This document shows, in pieces, positions 26,798 through 39,778 of a stretch of DNA of 64,000 nucleotides. The notes under the pieces were generated by a model. The model did no database searches and was not told the DNA's origin. It worked only from the letters and a program-made list of their open reading frames with translations. This DNA is from Patellaria atrata CBS 101060 (Eukaryota). The stretch lies in the NCBI GenBank assembly GCA_010093705.1, contig MU006092.1, positions 688,623 to 752,622 on the forward strand. The letters run 5' to 3'. The translations under genes and the position numbers were made by a program. How positions within the stretch are numbered: position 1 is the stretch's first letter; each line of letters begins with the position of its first letter.

Positions 26798-29700
26798 GGT
26801 TGTATAGGTGTTCGAAAGTTCTAAGAGATTCTGAAGGGATTTGGGAGAGGAAGTTGTAGTGTTGAGGTACGAGGGTTGTGTTAGAGGAATTTAAAGGTTT
26901 GGAGGGAGTTGGGTGCTTGGAGTTGTGTTGATACGAGTCCACGGTTCTAGCTCTCCATGTGAGGGTGTTCCTTGAAGAGAGTTGATTACGCGGAAAAGTT
27001 AAGAAGTTAAGTCAACCGTCGCAGTTCTCCGCAACTTAACGATCACAAGGGGAGTCTTGACATTTCGGAGTATTCGAGTGCTTTTTTGTCTGTCATTGCG
27101 TTATAACGGCGATATCGTTGCGTCAGAATGTGGTGTATTGGGTAGTGAACTCATGACTTTGTTTCTCCTTGAGTTTACGTCTGATGCCGTTGTCCTCGAT
27201 GACTGGACACTCCTTCGACAACATCAAGTACCTCCTCCACACTCTTTATTTACTCGTTAATTCATTCTAGGTATACCCTCATAATCCTCAAGGGGAACCG
27301 CCATTGCTATATTACCGAGATGCCTAGCGGTTCGGGTCTGGAGCGATACTGCGGCGGAAAGGAGGTTATTCTTCAGCTCTCCATCGCATACCTACCCTCA
27401 TTTCTAGAGAATACTTCTTCGAAAGTGCTACTGTGTCATTGAGCATTGTCCGCTCGTCTCATAACAATACCCCTTGTCCTTTGTTATAGACTACTGCATC
27501 CCTTTGTTCCACGGCGAGCTTTCCTAGAGTCGGAGGCATAGCAGATCTCTTCCCTCGTGCTTCAGGCGGCCTGTCGAACTTACTTATAGCTTCAAGGGCA
27601 TAATTGGATACTCTGAGCAGATGAAAATATACTCGGGGCATTGGAGAGAGTGAGTGATGTTTGATTTTCATCTAGAGGGCGCATAGAAAGCTTTTCGAGG
27701 TATTCCGGGGGGTAGAGTCCGCACTCATGCAGTCCGATCTCCGCTCATCTCACAATACACACCACCAGCAACACAGCCCAGATGGCATCGTCTTCCATTT
27801 TTAATGAGCTTCGGCATGCTCGCGGTATCTGAGAGCTTGACCAGGTATTCCTCCTTATCCAAGAGATCCCACACAGCGTCTATGAGACGCCCTGGAACGT
27901 TGAGCGGCCAAGGGAAGTCGCCTCCACTCAACTCCATCCCCTCACCCTTAACACCACAATACAGACGGCTCTACATCTTGTCTGTAGTACTACAAGGCGT
28001 TCCGTAGGTTAGATTGGTTCCATTACAGCTCGATCTTCATCCAAAAGTGGTCACCGGCCCTCTCCAAGGTTCCAAGCGTTGGGGCGGCAACGGAAGTAGC
28101 CTCCGCTCATGTCAACACCCTCGCAAAAACCACACACAACTTCAGGACTTGGAAGCTAATAACCCCTTTTATAACCATACAGCTTGGATCATTCGCAATC
28201 CTCAATGCTGCCTTGAATACATACTACGATTCAACACCAGCGCCAGCTAATTTCAGCTTACAGCAGACCGATACCTTTTCACTGAGAGTCAAATCTTTAT
28301 ATCTCACAGCAACCACGCGAGTGTGAGATGAAACCTTTTTCTAGACAAGACTACCAATTTGGTTACAATTCGCCATAGGGACGCAGGATTTAGGCATCCG
28401 GTGACACTATTGATCGAAAAGAGATGCCCGAAAAGACTGTTCCCCAGCTGTCCATTGAAAGAATAGTAGACAGATCAGGCGAAGTTTTGTATAAGATCCA
28501 GTGATTGACGGTATAATGGATAAAGGAGATTCCTTGATTGGGTTATGAGGACGCATGCTTCCCCGAGATACAACACGCGTTCAGGCTTATTCTGTTGGAC
28601 CAGCGACGATACCATAACACCGCCGCTTGATTTTTACCGCGAAAGATACCTGCGAGAAGTCTTGCCGTGTAAGTGATTGACTCTCCTCGATGTCTGATAG
28701 AGCTAATAGATGGTGTTCTTTTTCAGAAATACATATGAATCCTCCTCCGAACCGATGATGCTCATCCTCTACGAAGGAAATATCAGTGAAACACACACTT
28801 AGTACGACTGGACATCGTAACTAGAATGAATAGCCCGTCCGTAAAGAGACCAACCCACGGTGTGATTCACCACCTCAGATAGAGCACCGCATACTGATAA
28901 CGGTAAACCCTACATCTCCTTTCGCAGAGAAGAAGAGCTAAGGATACGAGGTCCTATAGGAGGACTATGAGATTAAAAGAATAACTCACAACAATCACCC
29001 GATCCAATCCGAGATATGGATATAACGAATGGATCGTAATACGGAGCTAGGAATCCTTAGTTAGAATACCCCTGTTCCAGAAATTCATAACTGCATAAAT
29101 GTGTGACCGACTGTCTATTTCCTTGACGTCTTAGAGCGAACCATATGCTCAATTTCCTTATGCTGTACAGGAAGTGCCACATTCTTTTGCGAATCCCGGT
29201 CAGGCTCTTAGTTTTCTTCATTGCTCTTCATCTTTGCTATTTAGTAGCTTTGTATTACTGACATTTTAATCATTGATTCCTTGACGCGTGAGCCCTAAAG
29301 GGGTATACTATCAAGTCTCATGCTCATTGGTGAATATCATTCTATTCAATCAGTATCACTGCCACTCATTTTCATCTCTTTCATTGGAGTCCTTTAGTCA
29401 AGCTCTACTTTTTCATGATCTTCTTCTTTCCATTCCGCTTTCTCCTTTTCTTTAAGGTTCACATTCTCTTGCTACGCTTTTCTCCCTTTTCTTCCACGTC
29501 ATGGTTCTTGCTCACGTCGTTCTAAATAGCAAAAATAGTGCAGTTGGTGTCTGCAGCAGATTCACTCGGAGTTCAGAAGAGCTTTGGATATGAGTCTTGA
29601 AGATTGGTTCTCCACTCCTAGCCTTCTCCGTACCGGATTCTTAGAATAGTCCCACCGGAAATCTTAGATTACGATAACTACATGTATAATAAGCTTCCAT

Positions 29701-31010
29701 ACCATCCCGAGTGCGTTACTCCTCCGGAAAAGGGGTAAAGCCTTGGCATTTGAGCATAAACCTGAATATGAAGGAGTGATAGGGTCTGAGGGCCGTGGAA
29801 AGGGATTAATAAGATTATCGATCTGGGTTGATAATTGACAAGGTCGCTGAGCCAAATAACAACAACTTATTTCCCTGAGTGCATTTTCATTCGATTAGCC
29901 TCAGGGGACTCCACCCGAACCAGTATGGAAATAGGCCGGAGCCCTCGAAAAAAAGTGTTGCATTATATCTACTACATCAAAAGTACCAGAAAACAGTCAT
30001 CACCAACAAATGTATACGTTCTACAACCCAGTGTATACTCAAACCACAGCAAAGTCAGAAATAAACTCGCGCCAGGTATAGAGGATCCCTCCATGCTCTA
30101 TGATATTGTTCCACCTAATATCAGAGTTGTTATTCTACGCACCGCGGTAGGACTGACATTTGGGTTTCCTATGTCTCTCTGCTTATACCTTCTTCAGCAT
30201 GTTCGCGAGCAGGCGTTGTAGAGTTTGATCGCTTGATTATCCACCGGGGCGAGGATTGTCAGCTCGGATGAATGCGACAGTCAGAAAAGATATAAGATAC
30301 AACCCTAGGACTCCTTTTCATAAGATAGCCATATGAAACTCAGGGAGCAACTGAAACCATCGGCCCAGTCCTCCACCACTGGTGTGCTTCGGTGCTCTGT
30401 TAAAGCATCACTTCTCGTCCGGGTATATTGTTTAACCTAGTGTGGCCACGTCCCCTAGAGTGAGGATTATTGTATTCACCGCAGCCGTCAAATCCAATCC
30501 CACCGCCTCCATTATGGGAGATGGAGAATAGAAAATTCTCTTGGACGAGATATCCCATCATTCGCTCCTGAAGCAACGGTCGCAGTGAGCTCCGCTGCTT
30601 TATCGAAGAATTACTCCTCCTGTTACACATGAGGTAGATAAACCCGAATGAACTCGTAGGTGTATACTGGGAGTTACCACCAAGGCCGCAAAATGCCAAC
30701 ACCACCTCCTCGTGGTCGATTCCCCTTTCTCGAAGAATCACTGCTTGACCGGTTATATGGTTCCAACTAGTGTGTTCGTATCCACTGGAGTGGGGTCATT
30801 GTGTCTGTTGAATCTAGACCACGGCGCTTCCTAGTACACAAGACTCGCCATGCTCTCTCTTTGTCATCGCCAGAGTGAAACGGATTCTTTTCGGGGTCTA
30901 TTGGTTCGTCGAATGCGTTGGACGCATGCGACCGATGCTTGATTCCTTCTTCGTTCATTTGCTCATATGTATAGAACTGACTTCCTCGTCTGGGACAGGT
31001 ATTGCGATCC

Positions 31011-31310
31011 ATGATGACACGCCTGATTTTGGCGATGACACCATGGTGTAATGTATACTCCCTCTTTCTCCAAAATCGTTTCTTCCATCCAATGCGGGGT
31101 GAAGGGCATTGATATCTAACCCGACACCACCGCCTCCTCCATGATGACACGCCTGATCTTGCGATCATACCATGATGTGGTGTAATCCTCCTTTCTCAAT
31201 GATTCGGTTATCTCATCCAATACGGGGTGAAGATTCTGATATTCAATCCGACACTATCGCCTCCTCCGTTATCAGAAGCGCCTGATCTTAGCGATGAAGC
31301 CATGGTGGAC
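31011..31310. repeat. Diverged ~130-bp tandem repeat (2.3 copies)
   Basis: atgatgacacgcctgat...catccaat.cggggtgaag...ccgacac...cgcctcctcc at 31011 and 31141, with a third partial copy (gcctgatcttagcgatga..ccatggtg) at ~31280. Confidence 0.85.
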
Positions 31311-31322
31311 CGACAATTTTTA

Positions 31323-31572
31323 GAAGTGCCCATGACTGCAAAGTCTTAAGGAACCGCTTCACCCTTTGGTTGTGATCATGATGATGTCGTCGCCCTTAGA
31401 GAGATGATGATGTCGTCACCCTCAGAGAGATGATTTCATCACCCTTAGTGATAGCTTTGGTGAGCAATTTGGAAGAGATGTACAATCCTAGAAGTGCCGA
31501 TGAATGTAAAGCCAAATGGATCGCTTCGCCCATTAGTTGCGATCATGATGATATCATCGCCCTTAGAGATAT
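31323..31572. repeat. Diverged duplication (~168-bp spacing) with nested 23-26 bp repeats
   Basis: gaagtgcc.atga.tg.aaag...cgcttc.ccc.tt.gttg.gatcatgatgat.tc.tcgcccttagaga at 31323 and 31491; internal ATGATGTCGTCRCCCTYAGAGAG units at 31381, 31407 and 31430. Confidence 0.8.
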
Positions 31573-34500
31573 CACTGATAACACGAGGAGAGAATACTCA
31601 AGATTCTAAATCATTCGGAGTCCTTAAAGATAGAAGGTCCAGGTATTATGTCCAGGCTGTCCGACAAGCAAAATCAAGTCGGCAGTAAACTTATCTTCGG
31701 GCGAGGCTCCAAATGTTCCTACATGTCATTATGTGGGATTGAGACCCTATATTAGCGATGAATTTATGGCGGACCCCTCAGATATGATGATACGATCGTC
31801 GGAAAGGCGCTTAATCTACGCGAAAGAGTTTTGACTGGGGATCATCTCCGGAAACCAGACCAAAATAAAGACAATATGGATCTCACACCTCAAGATGGAG
31901 AAAATATTGGAGATCCTGTAAGGAGATCAATAATAGAGCCTGTACCTTGAGATGATCCTTTTTATGCAGCGGCTATTTCAGCTTATTGGTATCTTTCAGT
32001 GGGTGCGTCGACTTATGCATCAGACCGTCTCCGAATTTGCAAACTCGTCCTACGCCTTGTGTCCATTGGGAATCGTAATCAATTTGCATAACTTACGAAA
32101 ATTCCCCCATGATGATTTTCTCATTGTCAGGCTTCCTTCAGGTGGGCTTCAGACTGCAGTCCTCTGTCCTTGGAGATCGAAGGAATGTTTGGTGACATTG
32201 TGAAAGCGTCGGGGAGAATATCTGTCTGCCAAATTCTTGAATCGTAGGCGTCATCGCTATTATGCAAGCTTTGAGCGATCTGCTGTAGTCTCCCGACAAG
32301 AATTTTACTATGCCAAGGTTACAAGAGACCTTGATCACGATGATCTTAGGTGGGCAATATGGATCCCAATCCGCTTTATTACATACGAAACCGCAATTTT
32401 ACGAGCCCCAAGCGTTTACTCGAAGAGCCCTTCGGTTGGTGTATGGTTCCAACGGCGGTCTGGCTTCTCGTCTGCTACCAGGCGCTAACTTGATAACTTT
32501 ATCGACTTATATGAGTGTACTTTGTATTCAAGATATGCGGAATCTCGAAGAAGTACACTAGTTCAAAATCTTCTAGAAGAAGGCAGAGTCGGCCGGCGCT
32601 CTATGAAGCGGAGGTGTTGGTCACCACTGATACGCTTTAGCAATATCTCTTAAGAGATGTTCATATTCCAGATCCAACTTACCAGGATAACTGCGACCTT
32701 TCCGACAAAAACGAGTTTCTTGACAGTTGGCGTGGGATCCTGGAGGGCAAGTGCAGTGAGAAGATTCGCAAAGAGCTTTACGTCGGTTCCAAGGGAGATG
32801 ACCAAAGCGAGTACAACTGATATCCATAAGGCTTTCAACATCTACAGCTTTTCCCAGAAGCATGCAGTTATCTGGCATATCTGAGCGAATTACCATGCTC
32901 TTCGGAAGTAAATTGTGAGTTGCGTGCCCAGGCGCGTACTCCTGTTTCGTGAATAGCTAGATGTCCGGCGGTCTGTTGATTGCCTGTCAACTAGCTCTCG
33001 ATACAAGTGTCACGTATCGCTTGATCACTTTGACAAACAGGTAGAGCGGATGGTCATTCTGACTCGTAGAATATGTCTGATCGTTGTGTCTCGATTCTCA
33101 CCAGGTGAACGTTAGTTGTAGAGGTGATTTAGAAACTTTGACGTCTGCGGAGACTCAACAGTGAGCTCCACGCGTTCTTGAGACTCTGACTCTCATTGAA
33201 AGACACAAGAAGATTAGAATAGATTCGCGCGAGCTCTAGCTGCGTGTAGTGGTGAAGGGTAACTTGGGTTGATAGCACTGCCGTTGTTGTGAGAGCTCTG
33301 GTCGAGGAGGTGCAAGAAAAAAACAATCAAGTGGCCGTCAAATCTCCAAGTACGTCGCTCAGGGCAACAGTAAGCGCCGCACCCGAGCAAAAACAAACGA
33401 TATTTGGATCGAAACGGGATTAAACCCCCCCTTCGAACTGGAGCTTTATGATCATTACATTAGAAGAGCTCCCTCTGCGCTCTATATCAACAAGGGGCCA
33501 TAATATCTCCGAGATGGCTTGGTGTATGGACTGAATGGACTTTCGTAGGCAGTATCAAAAGAAACAGCCCGCCTCTGCTATAGGGGATCTAGAGTTTGCT
33601 CTAAAATAGCCAAACGAGATTTCATTTCCTTGGACAAGGACCACTACATTAGCATTCAATCTGCCCATGATGCTATTCACATGTATAGCTATACCGGAGA
33701 TCGGTCTGTCTGCGTCTGGCATCGTAGGACGCCTTATTAAAGTCTCATACAGATGAGGTCTCCTCGCAGATCAGAAGTGTTACAGCGTATCCGTTTCCTC
33801 TAAAACTGACCCATCCATATTCATGTTCCGCGAAGTTTGTTGTAAGACGATTATCTTCTATTCACGAAAGTTCCTTCGCTCTCCATCCAGGGCACCCTCA
33901 TCCCAATGTATCTGCCTGCGAGCTGCCACTCCGTCCCTACCACAATACTCTAGACTGCTGCAAGGTATATCGTTTCACGTCTATGTGAGAGAAATTGTAT
34001 GAGGGTGTAATATCTTATTTGGTTCTTCTCACTGTTGCATTGCGGCTTCTATCAGGTTATAGTGTCCTTACCGTTCTGCGTTTCTGTGGCTTCATCATCA
34101 TCACTCCTGCGCCATGACCTGAATTGTCTTCTGGTATAGCCTTAAAGAGCATTGGTTTAAGATTTTAATCACCATATACCCTTTATTGTGGACACAATTG
34201 TTGCAGGTGCTTATATAGATGCTTCCAAGGCCGCTGTACTTGGACATCTTGAACATCTCGGCCACCCCTATCTTCCCCTATCCTGACCCGCCCGGACAGC
34301 TGAGGCAAGAACGTCCTTCCCTACCCGCGCACCTTCCCAGTTACAGCTTGTTGATGCAAACGGGCAACTTACGCGAGAATAAATAAGAACATCATCCGAC
34401 GCACAAATTTTCTTCCTTCTCCAAAACGCCACAACGTCAAGAGCAACCTACATGTAATCCGCATTCTGACGCTGGCCAGATACTTTCTAAAGCCGTTTCG

Positions 34501-35213
34501 TTTCTCCAAAGCTTCTTTCCTGCTCTTTCAAACCCTAAAGCCAATTTTAACCCCACGCACGCGCTGTTCGGTGGCTTTTTAGCTTCAGAAGCATCCACAA
34601 CCGTCGAGACCCTTAAACATTATCACCTCATCAGCGGCTTGTCGCTCCGCTGCTTCATACAAAGATTCGAGAATTCTCTAAAGCATCTCAAGACTAGTTC
34701 ACGTTACTCATTTTACACGCAACTCTCTTATCCTGATGTTCTCGAGCCAAAATCGTCAACAAACCATCAACACTTTCCCACCTCATTAGCTCATTAATCT
34801 ATTGTCGCTTTGCCAAACAGCACAGAAATTCTAGATAATTTTTCAAGGCTCTTCGAAGCATCGTTAGCTCCTCAATCATCTTTCGCCTCAAGTACGCGTC
34901 TTTTGCTGTGTCTTCGGTTTCGAAACCGTCAACAAGCGTCAGGACCTCACATATTTTAACATACTTTCGTCTATTTTACATTTCTCGGTTCGTGTAACAG
35001 CTATTAAAGCTTGAAGCTTCATTCAACTCGACACTCGCACCTTCCCTGACGCAGAGGTCCTTTTCGAGGTCTTATCACGTAGACTCTCATATTATCTTGT
35101 AAGTAATGTCATGAATTCATCACAATCTCGACTCGCATCACTTCAGAAGTGTTTTTACCTTCCAGAAGACATGGATCGTTGCTAATTACCCCCTATAGTA
35201 CGACATCGTCAAA

Positions 35214-36381
35214 ATGTACCGTGGCAGGAATAGCGCCGCTAGGTCAAACAGGGCTGGACGTCCAAGTCAATTCTCTTCGCGTGATGATCCCACTGCACCG
35301 CGAGACCCCCTTGCTCGCTCGCATCCTGCACGTGGGTTCGGCTATATGCGCGGTTTCGGGCCTACACATGGAAGGGGAACTCCACGGGGTAGGGGCTCTG
35401 TACGCGGCAGAGGTTCTCTTCGTGGCAGGCCGGAACGCGCGGCTGCTTCGGACATGCATAGGCGTGTCACCATGGGTGGACCAAGTGAGCCTGGTGCTCC
35501 ATTCTCTTCTGCACCATCTGGTCCTAGTGGTCAAGTCTCTGCGCCGCCAGAGAGGAATGTTCCTCTCACACGAGAGCAGATCAATGCTCTTGCAATAGTA
35601 TGTTACCCTTCCATTGATCACCCCTTTACCCCTATCAAGTCTATATTCCCACCTGTACACGAATGAAGCACTTTTGTTATCTGCAATCCCCTATCTTCCA
35701 CCTTTTTCAACATTCACGTTCCACCCTAGACAAATACACATGGCTAACCTCAAATCACATAGGCGGACCTTGGTCTGGATCGCCGCGAAGCGATCATCGC
35801 TTCAAGAGAGAGGCGAGATGTGTTGGTGAGAGAGGATGACTTGGAGATGGCCCGGGCCATCAAAGAAGAGAACAGTGCCAACTATAGGTGTATGTCCTCC
35901 ACCATGAGTGTATTTCTTATTACCATACTGAACTTATTTAGTGGCACCAGAAGACATGGATGAGGACGTCGCGCGCAAAGAGCGCAACATTGCCGGTGGT
36001 ACTCTCCACCGTATCAACCGCCTGCGCGAGGTTCGGGTATCGTCTCTCCAAGTCCCTCCCCCCTCGGCCGCTAACCCTGTCGTCTCGGCGTGGCGCGCCG
36101 AGCCCGTACCAGCCGTTCCGCCTCCCGCACCGCGCCTCTCCCCGGTGGTCCCAGCCCCGACTCCTTCCCCACTGCTCGTACCGCCGGTATGGACGGGTAA
36201 CCCCTCCGATCCGGCAGCAATCGCTTGGGTTTCTACGCAACTCATACAGGAGAATCGGGAGAAGGCTTTAGCCCTCTTGGAGGGTCGCCGTACTGACTTT
36301 GTGGAGCCGTGGGCCATTGGCCATAGGGAGGTTCTGGCGTTTGTGCGTTTGTCCGGCCTGGACAAAGTGTTACATTTCTAG
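35214..36381 (+). CDS. Orphan 316-aa RG/RGR-rich, Pro-rich protein (3 exons)
   Basis: Introns 35598-35762 (GTATGT..GCTAAC..TAG) and 35890-35941 (GTATGT..CTGAAC..TAG) join three frames into 951 nt. Likely 5'UTR intron at ~35099-35198. Confidence 0.7.
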
Positions 36382-36454
36382 GGGGCGTTTTTGCGTTGCT
36401 GCTGTAGGCTTTCCTAGCCTACATGATTTGGATTTTTAGAGAGCCTCTGGCGGT

Positions 36455-36635
36455 CCGTTGTTTTTTGTACGATTTACGATTTCCTTTCTGAGATTTTCTA
36501 TGGCTGACTCTTTTTTGTACAATATGCAATCTCTTTTTCTTGATGTTCTATATTGCAGGCGGGTTTTTGTACGACTTACGATTTTCTTCTACCAAAACAT
36601 TTCTGGCTTAATGATTTACGATGTACAGTACGACT
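36455..36635. repeat. Degenerate ~51-bp tandem repeat (TTTTTGTACGAYTTACGATTT core)
   Basis: Cores at ~36461, 36511 and 36563, partial copy at ~36613. Confidence 0.65.
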
Positions 36636-36868
36636 CTCCTTTATAATCTAATTTAGCGTTACTTTTTTTTTCCCATGTGGTAGGCAGGATGGCAATAGGT
36701 CAACTGCAAAAGCCGGTGCAAATTAATCTCATTCAAGCATGATATTACTCCGAAACGATTTTGTACAGTACATGTCCAACCAGCAGTGGATCGCAGTGGA
36801 CTCACATGAAAAATCTTAACACCTCCCCTGCGCGATCTCCACGTGAACCCACTGACCCGAGCAATTCA

Positions 36869-37156
36869 TCACGCTTCAGCCTCCGTTGGGTCCTCCCTTG
36901 GTGGACCAACGTATATCCACAAGACACTGATGACAACGTCCATCCCGCGCGTCTCACCACCTTCCCACTTATAGTTCCACATGCCGTCATTGTTGTTATC
37001 CCAATAAGCTCCCGATGCGGCATGCATACCACGTCTTACGGGCTTATCGCTACCTGGTATCAGAGCTAGGTTCTGGATGATGGTCGAGTTTACTGCGAAC
37101 TTGTGGAGAGGTGGGATCTCTGATGGGGGGCCGATCAAGATTTGGAGGATCTTGTT
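36869..37156 (-). pseudogene. Possible degenerate BTB/POZ-like gene fragment
   Basis: After a CAG acceptor the frame reads NKILQILIGP..HKFAVNSTII...VISVLWIYVG, resembling fungal BTB start and WLY.G motifs. Ends at TGA TGA and has no good upstream donor. Confidence 0.25.
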
Positions 37157-37988
37157 CTGTGGGAGAGTGTGAGCAGATGAATGATGTGGTAGGTGTGCAA
37201 GACGCTCCAGGAGAGAGTTTGAGTAAGAAGAGGGCGAGTCATACTATGATCGCGGAGTTCCAATCGCCGGTATTTGTGTGGTGATATTCTTCGACGTTTT
37301 TGAAAACTTCGTCGCATGCCTATGGGAGTGTTAGTTTCTTTGACTGTTATAGGCCGCGGTATGTGGGATCGTTTTACTTCGGACGCGATCTCTTTGAGCT
37401 TTGACTCGGGAACTGGTGGCTGCAGGATATATTAGATGCTGTGATTTCGGGAGTACAGGGACAGGTGAGACTGACGTTTCCCATTCTGACTTGAATGCGC
37501 GGTTGTAGAGCTAAGTGAGGTGAATTGCTAAACGAAACACTTTGCCAGGGCTGAATTCTTATGGGGTGAGGATCGTGAGGATGTACAGTACGAACTCGGC
37601 TGTAGTATGGCTCACTGTTTCTTTGTTTGTTTTTGCGGGGAGGTGCTGGCAATTCTTCGGTCAATTATTATGTTTGTCATGTTTGCTCTTCCCGCTTGAC
37701 TCGGTAGCGACGGGATTATCGGGATAGCTTTGTGAATCGAGTTGTGCAATCACGAATCTTGATTCGAGCACGCAGCTTCCAAGCCACTAATATCTTTTGC
37801 AAAAGGAAGCACACCAGGCACACGACTTCAATTGAGGTCATTGGGTCTTGCTTCAGTATAGAATCCTTTCAGACATATCATCTACCAAAACCAAATCTCT
37901 CCAGCAAGCAGATACCGCAACTATCTGCAGCTCTACAAACCGAAGGCGGGGTCAATTTGCTGTATCATAGCTCTAGCTTCGAAACGTC

Positions 37989-38443
37989 ATGTCCAGCCAA
38001 CCTCTTTTACAATCAAGCCCAGGTAAACCAAACCGCAAGCCAATTGACACAATATTCACTCTTAGCTCTGTGTAATTGTTGCTCAAACTCAGGACTAACT
38101 GGTAAGCACAGGCAAGCGAATCGCACTCCCTACCCGGGTTGAGCCCAAAGTCTTCTTCGCCAACGAACGGACATTTCTATCATGGCTCAACTTCACCGTC
38201 ATCCTAGGAGGACTGGCCGTAGGACTTTTGAACTTTGGCGATAAAGTTGGTCAGATAAGCGCAGGGCTCTTCACCGTGGTCGCCATGGCTGCAATGATTT
38301 ATGCGCTGTTCACATTTCACTGGAGAGCGAAGAGTATTCGACAGCGCGGACAAGGAGGGTTCGACGATAGATTCGGCCCAACAGTGCTCAGCATTGCCTT
38401 ACTGGCCGCGGTCATCGTCAATTTTGTTCTTAGGGTAACTTGA
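37989..38443 (+). CDS. VTC1: Vacuolar transporter chaperone Vtc1
   Basis: [39 protein letters not shown] (intron 38023-38111), 3 TM segments, GGFDDRFGP. Confidence 0.95.
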
Positions 38444-38873
38444 GGTTACCAAGGGCGCTTCGAGAGGGAATTGGTCAGTGAGGTCTCACAAAAACGTCAA
38501 GATTGCGTGACAAACTCGCGGTGCAGAAAGTCAAATATACTTTGAGTAATGAAGTGTTGAATCGGGTGGAAATGGTTCGGCGGCATAAGTGTAAGGTGGA
38601 GAGGATCATTTAGGTGACTAACATCTCTTTCCGTTGTATATACGCACTTAGTTTTCTTTCCATCAAATGTTTCACCATGTACGTGTGAAAACAATCACTT
38701 TGCCACACATTCTCCACGTGTTTGTCCCGTTCTCTTACAGAACGGGTCAGAAACCACAACGCAGTTAGACCGCCTCTGTGCAAACCCGAGTTTATCAAAA
38801 TAGGTTCCTCAGTCTTACTCACTATTTCGCAACTTTTGCAAAGCGTGCTGAGTCTACATCTATCGATGCTCCG

Positions 38874-39778
38874 ATGGAAGAAAACCAAGGAGATTCAATA
38901 GAAGTTCAGGCCTCTAGGTGGAACGTAAACCCATCCCGACCCCGGAATTCGTTAGATAGTGCTGTTGTGGGCATGGTTGGATGTAGCCGATGTAATAAAT
39001 CATTCCACCGTTTCGAAGAGCTTAACATTCATCGTACTACATCCGGCCATACGGGTCTATTCACAGTGGATATCGACTCTCAACTAGAAGCCGAAGAGAA
39101 CTATTCAGATAAACGCAAAGTATTCAGGTACGAGATGGCTCTCCCACAAATGTAACTCTAGCATGACATCTTATAACCACAATACACAGCACCATGGCTT
39201 CCGTATCCTCCATAGTAGAGGTGATAGTAACCCCACAAACCGAAAACAACAGATTCAAACTGCACAAAACCGCTCTCTGCGACGTCTCCCCCTTCTTCTC
39301 CAACGCCTTCAACGGCCAATTCAAAGAATCCCACACCGACACCATCACCATCTCCTCCACCTCCATCGCCACCTTCGGCCTCTTCACCGAATGGCTCTAC
39401 TCCCGCAAACTGCTCGACACCACCGGCAACCCGACCGCCTGGAACTGGCACTGGGATGTTCTAATAGACCTGTACATCTTCGCCGATAGCTACGATGTCC
39501 CCGGGCTACGAGAAGATATCGAGGACATCGCGTTCTCCAAAGCGAAGAGGGGAGACGAGGATATATTGCCGACGACCCAGGGGATCAGGAAGCTATTTGA
39601 TAATGTGCCGCACGGAGCGGGCTTGTGTAAGCATTTTGTGGAGACGTTCGCGAAACAGTTCGATCCGGGACATTTGGATGCGGCGGAGTTGGAACTTGCG
39701 AGGAGGTTGTTGCATCCGGATTTTGCGTGGGCGGTTATGGTTTACTTGGCGGATTTGAGGGCTAGGAAGGAGGGCTGA
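38874..39778 (+). CDS. BTB/POZ-domain protein with N-terminal C2H2-like zinc finger (2 exons)
   Basis: Exon 1 CSRCNKSFHRFEELNIHRTTSGH. Intron 39128-39189 joins in frame to FKLHKTALCDVSPFFSNAFNGQFKES...FTEWLYS...LIDLYIFADSYDVPGL. Confidence 0.8.

Noticed and set aside
34240..37340. Intact transposon around the RG-rich orphan
   Set aside because: No transposase or RT motifs, terminal inverted repeats or target-site duplication could be identified by eye.
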